From Neoechinorhynchus agilis (Eukaryota > Animalia > Acanthocephala): a stretch of 64,000 nt of DNA. Under the pieces are notes generated by a model. The model saw nothing but the letters and a program-made list of their open reading frames with translations, made no database searches and was not told the origin of the DNA. The DNA is taken from contig CM121343.1 in the NCBI GenBank assembly GCA_051530055.1, positions 6,108,389-6,172,388 on the forward strand. The letters run 5' to 3'. The first letter of the stretch is position 1; every line of letters begins with the position of its first letter. Of this stretch, positions 11,699 to 22,633 are shown one piece after another. Position numbers and translations under genes: made by a program.

Positions 11699-13436
11699 AT
11701 TGGTAATACGGAGCGACCGCAGTACAAACGAGTTACACGGAGCATGTTCGTAATGCGCTCAACCCCAGTGTTCATGGGCAGAACACCATTCGTGGTGCCA
11801 TTCAGATTGCGAGGTGAACCTCTCTACCGAGATCATTTATATAGCCCGAGACCCGGTGGATTTAGCAATAGCGGCGGAGGTGCTGTTGGTTTCGGGAGAG
11901 GCGATGGGTTCTGGGAAAACGGGGCGACCGCATTACAAACGAGTTACACGGATCATGTTCGTAATGCGCCAGTGCGCCAACGCCAACAGCCACACCTTGG
12001 GCAGAACACCATTCGCGGTGCCATTCAGATTGCGAGGTGAACCTCTCTACCGAGATCATTTATGTAGCGCGAGACCCGGTGTATTTAGCAATAGCGGCGG
12101 AGGTGCTGTTGGTTTCGGGATAGGCGATGGGTTCTGGGAAAACGGGGCGACCGCAGTACAAACGAGTTACACGGATCATGTTCGTAATGCGCAAGTACGC
12201 CAACAGCCACACCTTGGGCAGAACACCATTCGCGGTGCCATTCAGATTGCGAGGTGAACCTCTCTACCGAGATCATTTATATAGCCCGAGACTCGGTGGA
12301 TTTAGCAATAGCGGCGGAGGTGCTGTTGGTTTCGGGAGAGGCGATGGGTTCTGGGAAAACGGGGCGACCGCATTACAAACGAGTTACACGGATCATGTTC
12401 GTAATGCGCCAGTGCGCCAACAGCCACACCTTGGGCAGAACACCATTCGCGGTGCCATTCAGATTGCGAGGTGAACCTCTCTACCGAGATCATTTATGTA
12501 GCGCGAGACCCGGTGTATTTAGCAATAGCGGTGGAGGTGCTGTTGGTTTCGGGAGAGGCGATGGGTTCTGGGAAAACGGGGCGACCGCAGTACAAACGAG
12601 TTACACGGATCATGTTCGTAATGCGCAAGTACGCCAACAGCCACACCTTGGGCAGAACACCATTCGCGGTGCCATTAAGATTGCGAGGTGAACCTCTCTA
12701 CCGAGATCATTTATATAGCCCGAGACTCGGTGGATTTAGCAATAGCGGCGGAGGTGCTGTTGGTTTCGGGAGAGGCGATGGGTTCTGGGAAAACGGGGCG
12801 ACCGCATTACAAACGAGTTACACGGATCATGTTCGTAATGCGCCAGTGCGCCAACAGCCACACCTTGGGCAGAACACCATTCGCGGTGCCATTCAGATTG
12901 CGAGGTGAACCTCTCTACCGAGATCATTTATATAGCCCGAGACTCGGTGGATTTAGCAATAGCGGCGGAGGTGCTGTTGGTTTCGGGAGAGGCGATGGGT
13001 TCTGGGAAAACGGGGCGACCGCATTACAAACGAGTTACACGGATCATGTTCGTAATGCGCCAATGCGCCAACAGCCACACCTTGGGCAGAACACCATTCG
13101 CGGTGCCATTCAGATTGCGAGGTGAACCTCTCTACCGAGATCATTTATGTAGCGCGAGACCCGGTGTATTTAGCAATAGCGGTGGAGGTGCTGTTGGTTT
13201 CGGGAGAGGCGATGGGTTCTGGGAAAACGGGGCGACCGCAGTACAAACGAGTTACACGGATCATGTTCGTAATGCGCAAGTACGCCAACAGTCACACCTT
13301 GGGCAGAACACCATTCGCGGTGCCATTCAGATTGCGAGGTTAACCTCTCTACCGAGATCATTTATATAGCCCGAGACCCGCTGAATTTAGCAATAGCGGC
13401 GGACGTGCTGTTGGTTTCGGGAGAGGCGATGGGTTC
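11699..13436 (+). repeat. 217-bp tandem array, 8 copies, right arm, derived from GIY-YIG coding sequence
   Basis: The unit translates across frames to G(N/K)T(E/G)RPQYKRVT-(E/D)HVRN and EIIYIARDPVDLAIAAEV; the unique flank continues HLINNKRDE. Confidence 0.93.
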
Positions 13437-13559
13437 CAATTGGGAAAGAACTGAGGATGAGTGAGGATGCACCTCATCAACAACAAGAGGGATGAACTAG
13501 TCGAGTCGATGCGCGGATGTTGTGACCTGTCTGTGTCTCCCTGCCTCACACATTTTAGA

Positions 13560-13601
13560 TTGCTTCATAGTTGAAGCCGTCATACGGCGAAAGCTAGGCA
13601 A
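13560..13601 (+). ncRNA. Decayed minimal hammerhead ribozyme of the pseudo-LTR
   Basis: Stem II GCCGT-cat-ACGGC, then GAA, palindromic AGCT, A, then GGCAA pairing with upstream TTGCT. The CTGANGA core is replaced by TCATAGTTGA. Confidence 0.55.
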
Positions 13602-13685
13602 GTAAATCAACTATATCTGGGTCGTGCAAATGTCAAATTGAATTAAATTAAAAATTCTAGACCTTACAATAACAACTTCGTTGCT

Positions 13686-13826
13686 TTGGTCTTCGCCCGG
13701 TAAAGGCTTTTTTTATTAAAGTCGTTTCGAATCTCGTGGATTTCCTCTACTTCCAAACTGATGATGAACCCGACGAGGTTCGAAACGTCTTTAATAAAAC
13801 GTTCTTTATCGGGTAAAGACCAAGAA
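13686..13826. mobile_element. Small palindromic PLE-derived element with hammerhead-bearing arms
   Basis: Left arm TTGGTCTTCGCCCGGTAAAG..TTTATTAAAGTCGTTTCGAATCTCGT pairs with right arm ACGAGGTTCGAAACGTCTTTAATAAAAC..CTTTATCGGGTAAAGACCAA. Confidence 0.75.
13753..13797 (+). ncRNA. Minimal type I hammerhead ribozyme (PLE type)
   Basis: CTGATGA-T-GAACC-cgacga-GGTTC-GAA-ACGT-C followed by TTTAATAAA. The core is intact, with a palindromic ACGT stem III and only a 3-bp stem I (AAA/TTT). Confidence 0.75.
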
Positions 13827-14394
13827 ATTTAATCAATTACCACGCAGATCCTCTTCACGTATTGACATCTTAAGTTTGCATCGTTAGCTCAATGCTGATG
13901 ACGTCATTGTTCTGAACACCGAAAATGACGTCATCATTTTTGAATTTACACCAAACCGATGGTATTTTATTGAAAGGCTGAATTTCATTATAGATGGGAA
14001 ATTGAAGCAAGGTGAAACGGATAGCACTATCAAATCACTCGTAAAATCCTACGAGGCCGCAATTCGACAAGATTGAAGGGAATCAGATTTCCGATCAAAG
14101 GCGCCTCTTCATTTGGAGACTCCCTCGGATAAGACATTTTATTGGGACATTTCAACAATTAAAAGATCAATGGTGGAGATTTGAAGATAGCTGCACCTCC
14201 AACTCTACCATCTTGAAGGATTTTTTCTCAATGATACTCATTTGACTTTGAAATTTATAAGCGACTCGTTGTCGGACAATTGGACGACTATCCTTAGTGA
14301 CGTCATCAGTGCACGTATCCGAAAGAATGTTCATGCGCACCAGCTAAACCACTATCCACATTCTAAAAAACGGAAGTTGTGAACGTTTGGATTA

Positions 14395-15585
14395 ATGCGC
14401 GGACAAGCAGGAAAGCGGAACTGTCATTCGAGGCGGGCACGTGTGCACTATGGCTGGTTTCGTGGTTTTCCATGGCGGAATTCGTCAACGGGTACCGGTG
14501 GAGCCGAAGATGCCACTACACAAGCACTGTGCCCTCAGATGGTGCAACGAGCAAATGAATCAGTTGAAATTATTGACATCAGTGGAAATAACGATTCGGT
14601 GATTGTGCTTGATCAGCGATCTCAAATAGCGCCCGACACAATAGCGAAATTTTCAAACTCAAAACAGTCTGAACCCACGTTTTCGCACTTCACTTTGCCT
14701 CATCGATGGTTTGATTATTCGACTCACAATCGTACACCAAGGACAATAGTAATTGACGGACCGAATGTGGCTCGGACGTTTGGCACACGTACCAATACGT
14801 TTGCGATTGAGGGTCTTTTCATCATGTACGATTATTTCCACAAAATGGGTCATAGGAGTATAAAGATTTTCGTTCCAAGTTCTGTAGTGGATCAATCGTA
14901 TACCGTTTGTAAGGTAACCGGTAGAAGTGAGCTCCAATCACTTATTGCCCTCAATGCCATTGAAACACCACCTTGCAAGCTTTATCCTGATGGACGCATA
15001 ATGCAGCCGTACGATGACCGTTTCATTCTCGAATTCGCTTATCAGGAGGATGCGGTCGTAGTCTCAAACGACAAATTTCGGGATATTCTGAATGAAAACT
15101 CAAGGTTCAAGCACGTTGTTACCAACAGGGTTTTGGTCTATATGTGGGCAAATAAGCGACTGATGTTTCCTAATGATCCTAACGGTCGCATTGGACCTAA
15201 CTTACTAACGTTTCTCTCTAAATCCGTCGATGGACGAGAAGATGAATACGCACAAAGAAATACCTTCAGAACCTTTAGGAACGAACAAAGACGATGTGCA
15301 AAAATCAACGAACACGTCCAATCACAAGCTAATATACAACCAAGCTATAAAATGTATAGAAAATCGATACGGAAATCGCAGGGAATAGTTGCTGTCAATT
15401 CTGAGCTTGCGACCTATCAAAGTACTCCTAAAGTTGTACGAAGACCGCAAAAGCGGACGATTCGTAACGTTAAACAAAGAGCTGCGTGTACTGATTTCGT
15501 CTTCACAGCATGGGGAGGATTCGGTCCTGTTAGACGAAGGACAAACCGTGGTGGTGGTGGTGGTCGCCGTCGTCGCCGTCGATGA
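14395..15585 (+). CDS. Regnase/ZC3H12/N4BP1-family PIN (NYN) ribonuclease; start codon uncertain (14395 or 14539)
   Basis: Motifs RTIVIDGPNVA, YDDRFILEFAY, DAVVVSNDKFRD and RLMFPNDPNGRIGP; no CCCH finger. Confidence 0.88.
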   Translation: MRGQAGKRNCHSRRARVHYGWFRGFPWRNSSTGTGGAEDATTQALCPQMVQRANESVEIIDISGNNDSVIVLDQRSQIAPDTIAKFSNSKQSEPTFSHFTLPHRWFDYSTHNRTPRTIVIDGPNVARTFGTRTNTFAIEGLFIMYDYFHKMGHRSIKIFVPSSVVDQSYTVCKVTGRSELQSLIALNAIETPPCKLYPDGRIMQPYDDRFILEFAYQEDAVVVSNDKFRDILNENSRFKHVVTNRVLVYMWANKRLMFPNDPNGRIGPNLLTFLSKSVDGREDEYAQRNTFRTFRNEQRRCAKINEHVQSQANIQPSYKMYRKSIRKSQGIVAVNSELATYQSTPKVVRRPQKRTIRNVKQRAACTDFVFTAWGGFGPVRRRTNRGGGGGRRRRRR

Positions 15586-16035
15586 AGTTATTTGCCCTCT
15601 TGGTGTTTATTTTAAAAACATCCTGGATCCGGTTTCCAAAATAAAAGATTGACGAATTATCAAATTTGTTTTATCGAACAGCCGTATATCAAAGGCTTAT
15701 CGATTTGAATGAATCGAGAATTTCATTTTAACGGTCATCACAAATTCGTCCAACGATTCGGTTTCACGAGTTTCTTTAGTTTTTTGAAAATTCTATTCAC
15801 AAAACGCCGAGATGATTTTTGAAATATTAATGCTCGAAGCATTGGAGGACAAGGACGTTCCTGCGTTCCAAACGGAATCGGAAATCTGTGTTTATTCTGA
15901 AAAATCCCCGCGCTGACCCTTGTTTGTTTCTCTCCATTCGATAAACAAAAATTAACCGGAAGAATGCACTACTTATTACCCATTTCACTCTCCTGAGCAT
16001 TCGTGTGGTCTCTGTCTCTAGATATTGAAAATCAA

Positions 16036-18393
16036 ATGGACGATGGAAGACAACGCTTAGGACCTCTTCTTCGGAGATATCATGACGTATGTTAGAGAGT
16101 TTGTGACGTGCAAGTATTGAACGTTTTGCTTAGAGCACGGAATGCTTCATGTTCAAAAGAAGCAATTACTTTTCACCGTACATGGTTCAAAATCTGGTTT
16201 TGGATTTAGAGTTGAAGGTGTAGTCTACCGCTCTATTTCCTCCTCAAATATTTGTTTAGGCACATTCGGGATGCGTCAATTGCCTCGATTGGGACTCCGA
16301 TGGACGGTGAGTGAGATCGACCAGGGGTTGTTCTTAGTTCAAGTGCTCATGCGAGTCCAAAAAAGATTTTCTAACAGGCGTCTTGGACCCACGAAATAAA
16401 GATTTTTTAAATTTTTATAGGTATATTCTAAGCGGTTCGGATGATCACCAAGTGGCTATTTTTGACAATGATGGTTCTAAATTCAAGCAAAGAATAAAAA
16501 CTAGGCATAATGGAAATATTTTTTCTGTAAAGGTAAACGAATCAAACAAATGATCGTTTTTAATGTTTTAATCTAGTTTATGCCCTTCTCGGATAATTCT
16601 ACCATATTGACCGGAGCAGCCGACACGGAAGTTCAAGTTCACGACATTTCCGGCAGTCTGATTCGTCGAATTCAAACGCACGTTGATAGGGTAAAGCGTT
16701 TGGCCACGATTCCGAACACCCCGTCAGTGTTTATTTCGTCCGGCGAAGATGGGTATGTCTATTCCCATGACCTCCGTGATCCAAACCCAAGTGTACTCGT
16801 CCATCTAATGCCGAAATCAAACGATGGCACCACTACAGGTTACATGAGCTACACAAGGCCGATTAAATCAATCGCGGTTAATCCGGCCGTTCCATTTCAA
16901 CTCGCCGTGGCTTCGGGTGAACCACTAGTTCGCGTCTATGACCGACGAATGATAAATTTAACTCCGGTGAGCTTGATCGGAGAATTCGCAAACCAGTGCA
17001 CCCGGTATAACGATGAAATCCTTAGTATTAACGAAAACGTTAACAATGACATCATTATGGATAGTCGCCTCAGTCGAAAATACTGTCCTGGTCATCTAAT
17101 GGATTGCCATCCTCCATCTCAATACCATGCCACTCATGTTGCGTTCAGTCAAGACGGACGTGAACTTCTTCTTAACCTCGGCTCCGAACAAATTTATTTG
17201 TTTGATGTTCATGACCATAGTATCAAGCCGTTTAAATACCTAGTTCCTGAATTTTGCCTTACTCGAAACGTGCCGACTAAGTCATTCCGCACAAACGAGA
17301 AGAAGACCGACCGCTCAGATCCAAACTTATCGATTGCGAATAACTTTTATCAACAAAACAAGTATTCCGCGGCAATCATCCATTACAACATGGTCATTGA
17401 ACGAAATCCACGCTCAGCTGTCGCATACGCCAATCGTGCTGCTGCTTACATTAAACGTGGATGGAACGGGGATACTTACGACGCTATGATCGACTGCATT
17501 GATCCAATCTTTCTCCTATCGGTTCTAAAGAGAAAGTCTGATATAAAGCGCTTTCTTTAGATCCCGATCAATACAAAGCTCACTTCCGTCTAGCGAAATG
17601 TCTACATGAACTGAAGCTGGATAAATTAGCCGAAGACGTAATGGCGACATTCAGGCATCGGTTCCCGGATGCTGCTTCGACCCCTCAGATTGACGCACTT
17701 CAAGTCGATATTTACAGGGCATCTGAGAGTCAGAAGGAAGAGGATAACAATAATTTATATTCTAGATCTGATAGAACAATTGATTACACTGAATATCACG
17801 ACTATACGAAACGATTTTACGGCCATCAAAATTCAAGTACAGATATAAAGGAAGCTAGTTTTCTTGGAGAGTAAGTACCACTTTCTAGGCTGTTTTGAGA
17901 CCTTGTTTTTTCTTCTCTAAATAGGCGATATATTGCAGCCGGCTCGGACGACGGATGCATTTACATTTGGAACAAACTAACTATGAACATTGAGCGTATT
18001 ATCCATGCGGATTCCATGATCGTCAATTGCGTTCTAGCAAACCCAACTCGAACTGTTTTGGCCACTAGTGGCATAGACGACGTGGTCCGCGTTTGGCGGC
18101 CGAAGAAGCGAAACCCCAGCGAGGATTATATGTACACTCGGATGGAAATGCCCAATGAGTCTGAAGATGAATCATCGATTCTCGTTAGTCAAATAAGCAC
18201 AAGTGAAACCGAAGAGTCATTTGTGGACGAAATCGATTCACCCGTTCACATTGGTTTGGACGAAGCTTCGATCGAAACGGTAATGGCCATCAATCAAAGC
18301 AGAATGAGAGGAAACACATTCCACGACGTGGTATTCAATCTTGATGTGGCACAACTAGTAGGTACGCCGCTTTATAGAACTTCTTACTTTTAA
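16036..18393 (+). CDS. WDTC1: WD40 and TPR repeat protein WDTC1/adipose (DCAF family), multi-exon; start approximate
   Basis: Exons encode AHSGCVNCLDW, ILSGSDD, RHNGNIFSVK, HVDRVKRLAT, a TPR (AYANRAAAYIKRGWNGD), KAHFRLAKCLHEL, RFYGHQNSSTDIKEASF and VLATSGIDDVVRVW. Confidence 0.9.
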
Positions 18394-19473
18394 CTCACTT
18401 AACAAAGTTCAGCTAGCAGCAGAGCTAGATTAGGCGAATCGAACTATTCCTGCGAAACGAGTTGAAGTATGGTGAGATATGTGAATTAAAATCACGAGTC
18501 GATGCGTGAATTACTCAACTTTGCATCATTCAGATTTTGTTGAGGTGCCAAAACATATTCGATAGGTGTGTTTGTTTTTTAGTATCCTACGCTTCGGGTG
18601 GGTATCTTCTTCTAACCTCTCAGTTTTGTCATACTCATTTCCGATATTTCACATCCCAAGTCAAATATCGGAAATAAATCAAAAAAGGTGTCTTTTCTCT
18701 GGTTAGTTGGTGCCCGGAAATCCGACCAGGCAAAAATGAAAGTATCTTGCCGCTTGAGGAACAGGACAAAAGACGATCAACGAGGATAAAAAAGAGCAAT
18801 CGACCATCCAGAAACGTCACTATGATAATCCGACTCTGAGCGTCATTGGTATCCTTTCACTAATCACCCCGAGGAAGATCTGCCGTCGCCTTTTATTGCT
18901 GTCATTTTCTATTCAGTACAACCGACAAAAGAGTGATCATTGATTTTTGATTTAAATCCATTATTGCGGTTCCAAACCATTTATGTTTTAAAAACATAAG
19001 TGTTCGTTTTTTAACTGGATAAAAGGGGTTTAGAAACATTCACGCAGGTGCAAAAGCTCCCCGTGTTTTTGAAATTGAACTTACTTTGAGACGCACATAT
19101 TGAAATTTATGGTTTTGCACAAAAACTCACGATGTGCTCAAGCAGTATAAAATCCCGATTTCCAACACCAGAGTACGTTGTATAAATTCAACTGACAAGG
19201 ATAAACCGAACCTCGGACAGCGCTGGAAGAATCGTCATCAAAATGTAGAGAGCCGAAATGATACATAATAATGTATGGTGTGAGGTAAATGAAAAGGGTC
19301 TACCGAACCTCGGACAACGCTGGAAGAACCAGCCGAAATGGTGCTCTTTTTCTCGCGGTGGAGACAAATGTCAAACAAGGCGTCGATATTTTCTTTATGA
19401 CAAATTAATCGCCTTCACTCACGTACACCAATTCGGTTTCACGGACACTCAGCGCAACACCAAGTCATTATCT

Positions 19474-21500
19474 TTATATCCGTCTGCCTTTAACAGCTTC
19501 CTGGACGATGTCTTGATTGCTGAGCATTTCATCCGCTCCAGGAAATATATATCGATTTGGACTTATATAGAGGTAACAGTTGGCTGTGTTAGAACGAAAA
19601 AAAATATTAAAAGCATAATGAGATGACAAAATACCTTTTAGAAAGCTAACGATTCGTTGATGTGATCGACTCCGGGTTAGTCGGGTTGTTACACATGACG
19701 TACTGATCGATTTGTCTTGAGTTTCTCGATCGAACACATCTATGGTGTCAACGAGCCTAAATGGCCGAAAATCGGGGGCTTGGGTCCGTAATAGTTCACA
19801 AAATGGGCTTGCGTCGTATCCGTTATGGGTCTGAGCGTATTGAATGATTCCGTACGTCAATTGCTTCAATATGACGTCACAGTTGCCGAGAATTTCTATA
19901 TCGAATGACAAGTTTTTCTTCTTAAGTATTTCTCTATTGATCAAAATCCGAGGCGTTTCCATTTTAAAGAAATCCGGTAGCATGCATATCGGCTTTACTG
20001 TCATACTAGAACCAATAACGATCAAAAGATCGCAGACTTCACAGTCTCGAACAGTTCTGAGATTGAACGAAATCGGAAGACCTTCACCAAAGAATACAAT
20101 ATCCGGTTTGAAAATCCCGATGTTCTTTGCGAAAGTACTGTCGTAATAATGAATTCTAACTAAAATATTTTTAGAAAATGTGCTATCTAATATATCGGCT
20201 CATAATCCTGAGAATACTTTCTTTTTCTCAGTTTCGCCAGTCCGGATTTAACTTCACTGATTGGTGGCAAAACCACCAAAATGAAGTATCTTTTCCAGCG
20301 AAGACAATAATACAAGAAATATTGCTTTCTATTGAATTCGTCGACGAATAAAACACTTAAACAATAACCAATCGTGGGGAAATGTCGGAATTACCCGATG
20401 TGAGATATCAGAAATGAACACAGGGTGGCAAAACCACCAAAATGAAGTATTTTTTCCAGCGAAGACAATAATCCAAGAAATATTGCTTTCTATTGAATTC
20501 GTCGACGAATAAAACACTTAAACAATGACCAATCGTGGGGAAATGTCGGAATTGTTCAAGAAATAAATCAGTGAATTTAAATCCGGGGTGGCAAAACTAC
20601 GAAAATTGAGTATTTCTTCCCCCGGAGACAATAATTCAAGAAATATTGCTTTCTATTGAATTCGTCGGCGGCTAAAACACTTACGCAATGACCAATCGTG
20701 GGGAAATGTCGGAATTATCCGATGTGAGATCTAGGAAATAAACCCAGCATGGAAAACAACAAAAATGGAGTATTTTTTCCCGCGAAGACAATAATCCAAG
20801 ACAGTTTGCGAATACTTGTTTGTATCAGAAAGAAACGTAAATGAGGATTAAAACGTTTCCCTGAAAAGTCGTCTCAGGGTTTGGGAGCCTTAAAGAGTAA
20901 TTTCAGTGAGTACTCACGTCCATTTGTGTCGAATATGCATACGTCACAATACGGGACTAATTTGTACCTGACGTACGGATACAAGGAAGTGAAAGGCTTC
21001 CTAGTTTTACATTGGGTGCAGGTGGACATATCAAAAGATCCGTGGCAATGTTCAACATTTTTGAGACCGACTTTCATTTCCAGAGTGTCCACGTTTTGCG
21101 TATAGTTGCATAGGAGTTTCCCTGCCTCATCGATAGTCCGTAGAAAGTGGTGAGAAAATGAGGGTATCGCATTGAAAAACATTAGTTCATTCACAAATGT
21201 GTAGAAGATCGATGGACGATTTACGAAAATGTCATAATTGAACATGTCCTCCGGGGAAGATAATATGTCCTTCACTCTGCCTGTAAGCTTACTGTAAAAT
21301 CCGTCGCTGGATCGGAAATCGGGAATGCCGCATGATACAGATATACCGGCGCCGGTAATAACGACGATTTTCTGACATTTGACTATTAGTTTAACTGCGT
21401 CCTCTATGGTATTGTAATTTGCCAGTTTGAACCGACGATCGGAATCTTCTGGAACCATCGATCGGTAAATGCCTTTCGGCAACCGATGAACGCTCATCAT
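19474..21500 (-). CDS. SIRT1: NAD-dependent deacetylase, SIRT1/Sir2 class I; exons about 21500-20918 and 20159-19474
   Basis: Motifs GAGISVSCGIPDFRS, YTQNVDTLE, HCHGSF, CxxC pairs, KPDIVFFGE, LLIVIGSS, ILINRE, LGNCD and PNRYIF. A GTGAGT donor at 20917 and TTTTAG acceptor at 20160 join the exons in frame. Confidence 0.93.
20264..20800. repeat. Tandem array, unit about 162 bp, about 3.3 copies, inside the SIRT1 intron
   Basis: GGTGGCAAAAC recurs at about 20264, 20424 and 20588, with a degenerate copy at about 20750. Confidence 0.9.
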
Positions 21501-22140
21501 TCACCTAAAAAAATAACAACAACAACAACAATGTACACTCGCATCAAACACACATTTTGCTGTGACGTAGGAGCGAGAGGAGTGTGCGTGTCAGACAACA
21601 GTGGAAACAAATCCTAAATTTAATGACGTAGGAATTGCGCGTCATCAAAGACCGTCAAACGGGCCATCGAAGATCTTTCGAATGCGCTCAAAATTTTTAA
21701 TAAAGATTTTGATTTGTCAAACTAATGCTTCGTCGTTTCTAATCAGCAATAAGGAGCTACTCATTTCCTTCAAATTACCGATAAAAGAATTCAGCCTGAT
21801 TCAATTTGGGGTAACTCTTTTGAGCCCTATTGGTATTTTCGACTAAATTCATAAACAAATACAAACTTCCCCATTGCGTCATTTTAGGTGTTTAAAAATT
21901 CAGAGAAATACGAAAGACTCCTGGTTTCAATTCTCATCATTCGTTGATAGTTTTATTACGTCACAATGACGCCATTTGGCCATGGTAGATTCGGCAGCGA
22001 TGTACACAATAACGTTTTCGGATAAGGCGTGTATTCATATCGCGCTCACTGCGTAGATAGCTTTCGTCGCTTTTTACCTCTTCTTAGTCTTGTCAATGTT
22101 ACCAGTGAGTGGTTTAGAATTTGAACATTCAAATTAATTA

Positions 22141-22383
22141 TTTTTGTGACGTCTCTCACTCAGACATTTATTTGATCGACTTTTCGAGACTTGCCGGTCA
22201 CCCTGAAGTTATCAACCACAGATATCCGCTCATGGCCTAAGTTCCCCCAGGGTAGCAACACGGAAAATTGCGCCTCTGCTAACGGGCATGACGGACCCGG
22301 GGTCCTGAATCAAAACGTAAATTGATGTTGAGCGAGTGCTTGTTTGTGTTTTAGATGTTAACGGGTGAGAGACGTCACAAAAA
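22141..22383. repeat. About 243-bp segment bounded by a perfect 19-bp inverted repeat (MITE-like or PLE remnant)
   Basis: TTTTTGTGACGTCTCTCAC at 22141-22159 and GTGAGAGACGTCACAAAAA at 22365-22383. Confidence 0.6.
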
Positions 22384-22485
22384 CAATCATACTATCCACC
22401 TAAAGCAACAACTTGACCTTATTCAAATTAATCTTATTTGGATTTGTCGATCTGTGACTAGGTACCGGGGGAATGTGATTAGAGA

Positions 22486-22633
22486 ATTATTGTTTATTAA
22501 AGACGTTTTGCGAACCTCGTCGGGTTCATCATACACTTGTATTTTAGAACTGATGATGAACTCGACGAGGTTCGCAGAACGTCTTCAATCGAAATAATCA
22601 TTTATCGCGGGTGTGGACTTCTAAACAATAATT
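22486..22633. mobile_element. Second palindromic hammerhead mini-element, same family as 13686-13826, decayed
   Basis: TTTATTAAAGACGTTTTGCGAACCTCGTCGGGTTCATCAT followed by CTGATGATGAACTCGACGAGGTTCGCAGAACGTCTT; outer arms AATTATTGTTTA and TAAACAATAATT. Confidence 0.75.

Larger units (their letters stand above)
9383..13656 (+). mobile_element. 5'-truncated Penelope-like retroelement with an inverted pseudo-LTR (giant palindrome)
   Basis: 9383-10548 is the reverse complement of 11531-13656. Both outer ends carry AATTTGACATTTGCACGACCCAGATATAGTTGAT in opposite orientation. The central spacer encodes RT remnants, and the arms encode GIY-YIG remnants plus a decayed hammerhead. Confidence 0.88.

Noticed and set aside
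9568-13369. Series of near-identical 145-aa and 63-aa ORFs that look like a tandem gene family
   Set aside because: They follow from a 217-bp unit (not a multiple of 3) with stops in only one frame. They are scrambled GIY-YIG pieces with no separate promoters or splice signals.
1-13436. Tandem arrays as possible CRISPR loci
   Set aside because: Units are 160-235 bp and contiguous, with no unique spacers or cas genes, in an intron-containing eukaryotic context.
19200-19340. Short direct duplication CCGAACCTCGGACA(G/A)CGCTGGAAGAA
   Set aside because: Only two copies of about 26 nt, with no structure or coding signal; probably a local slippage event.
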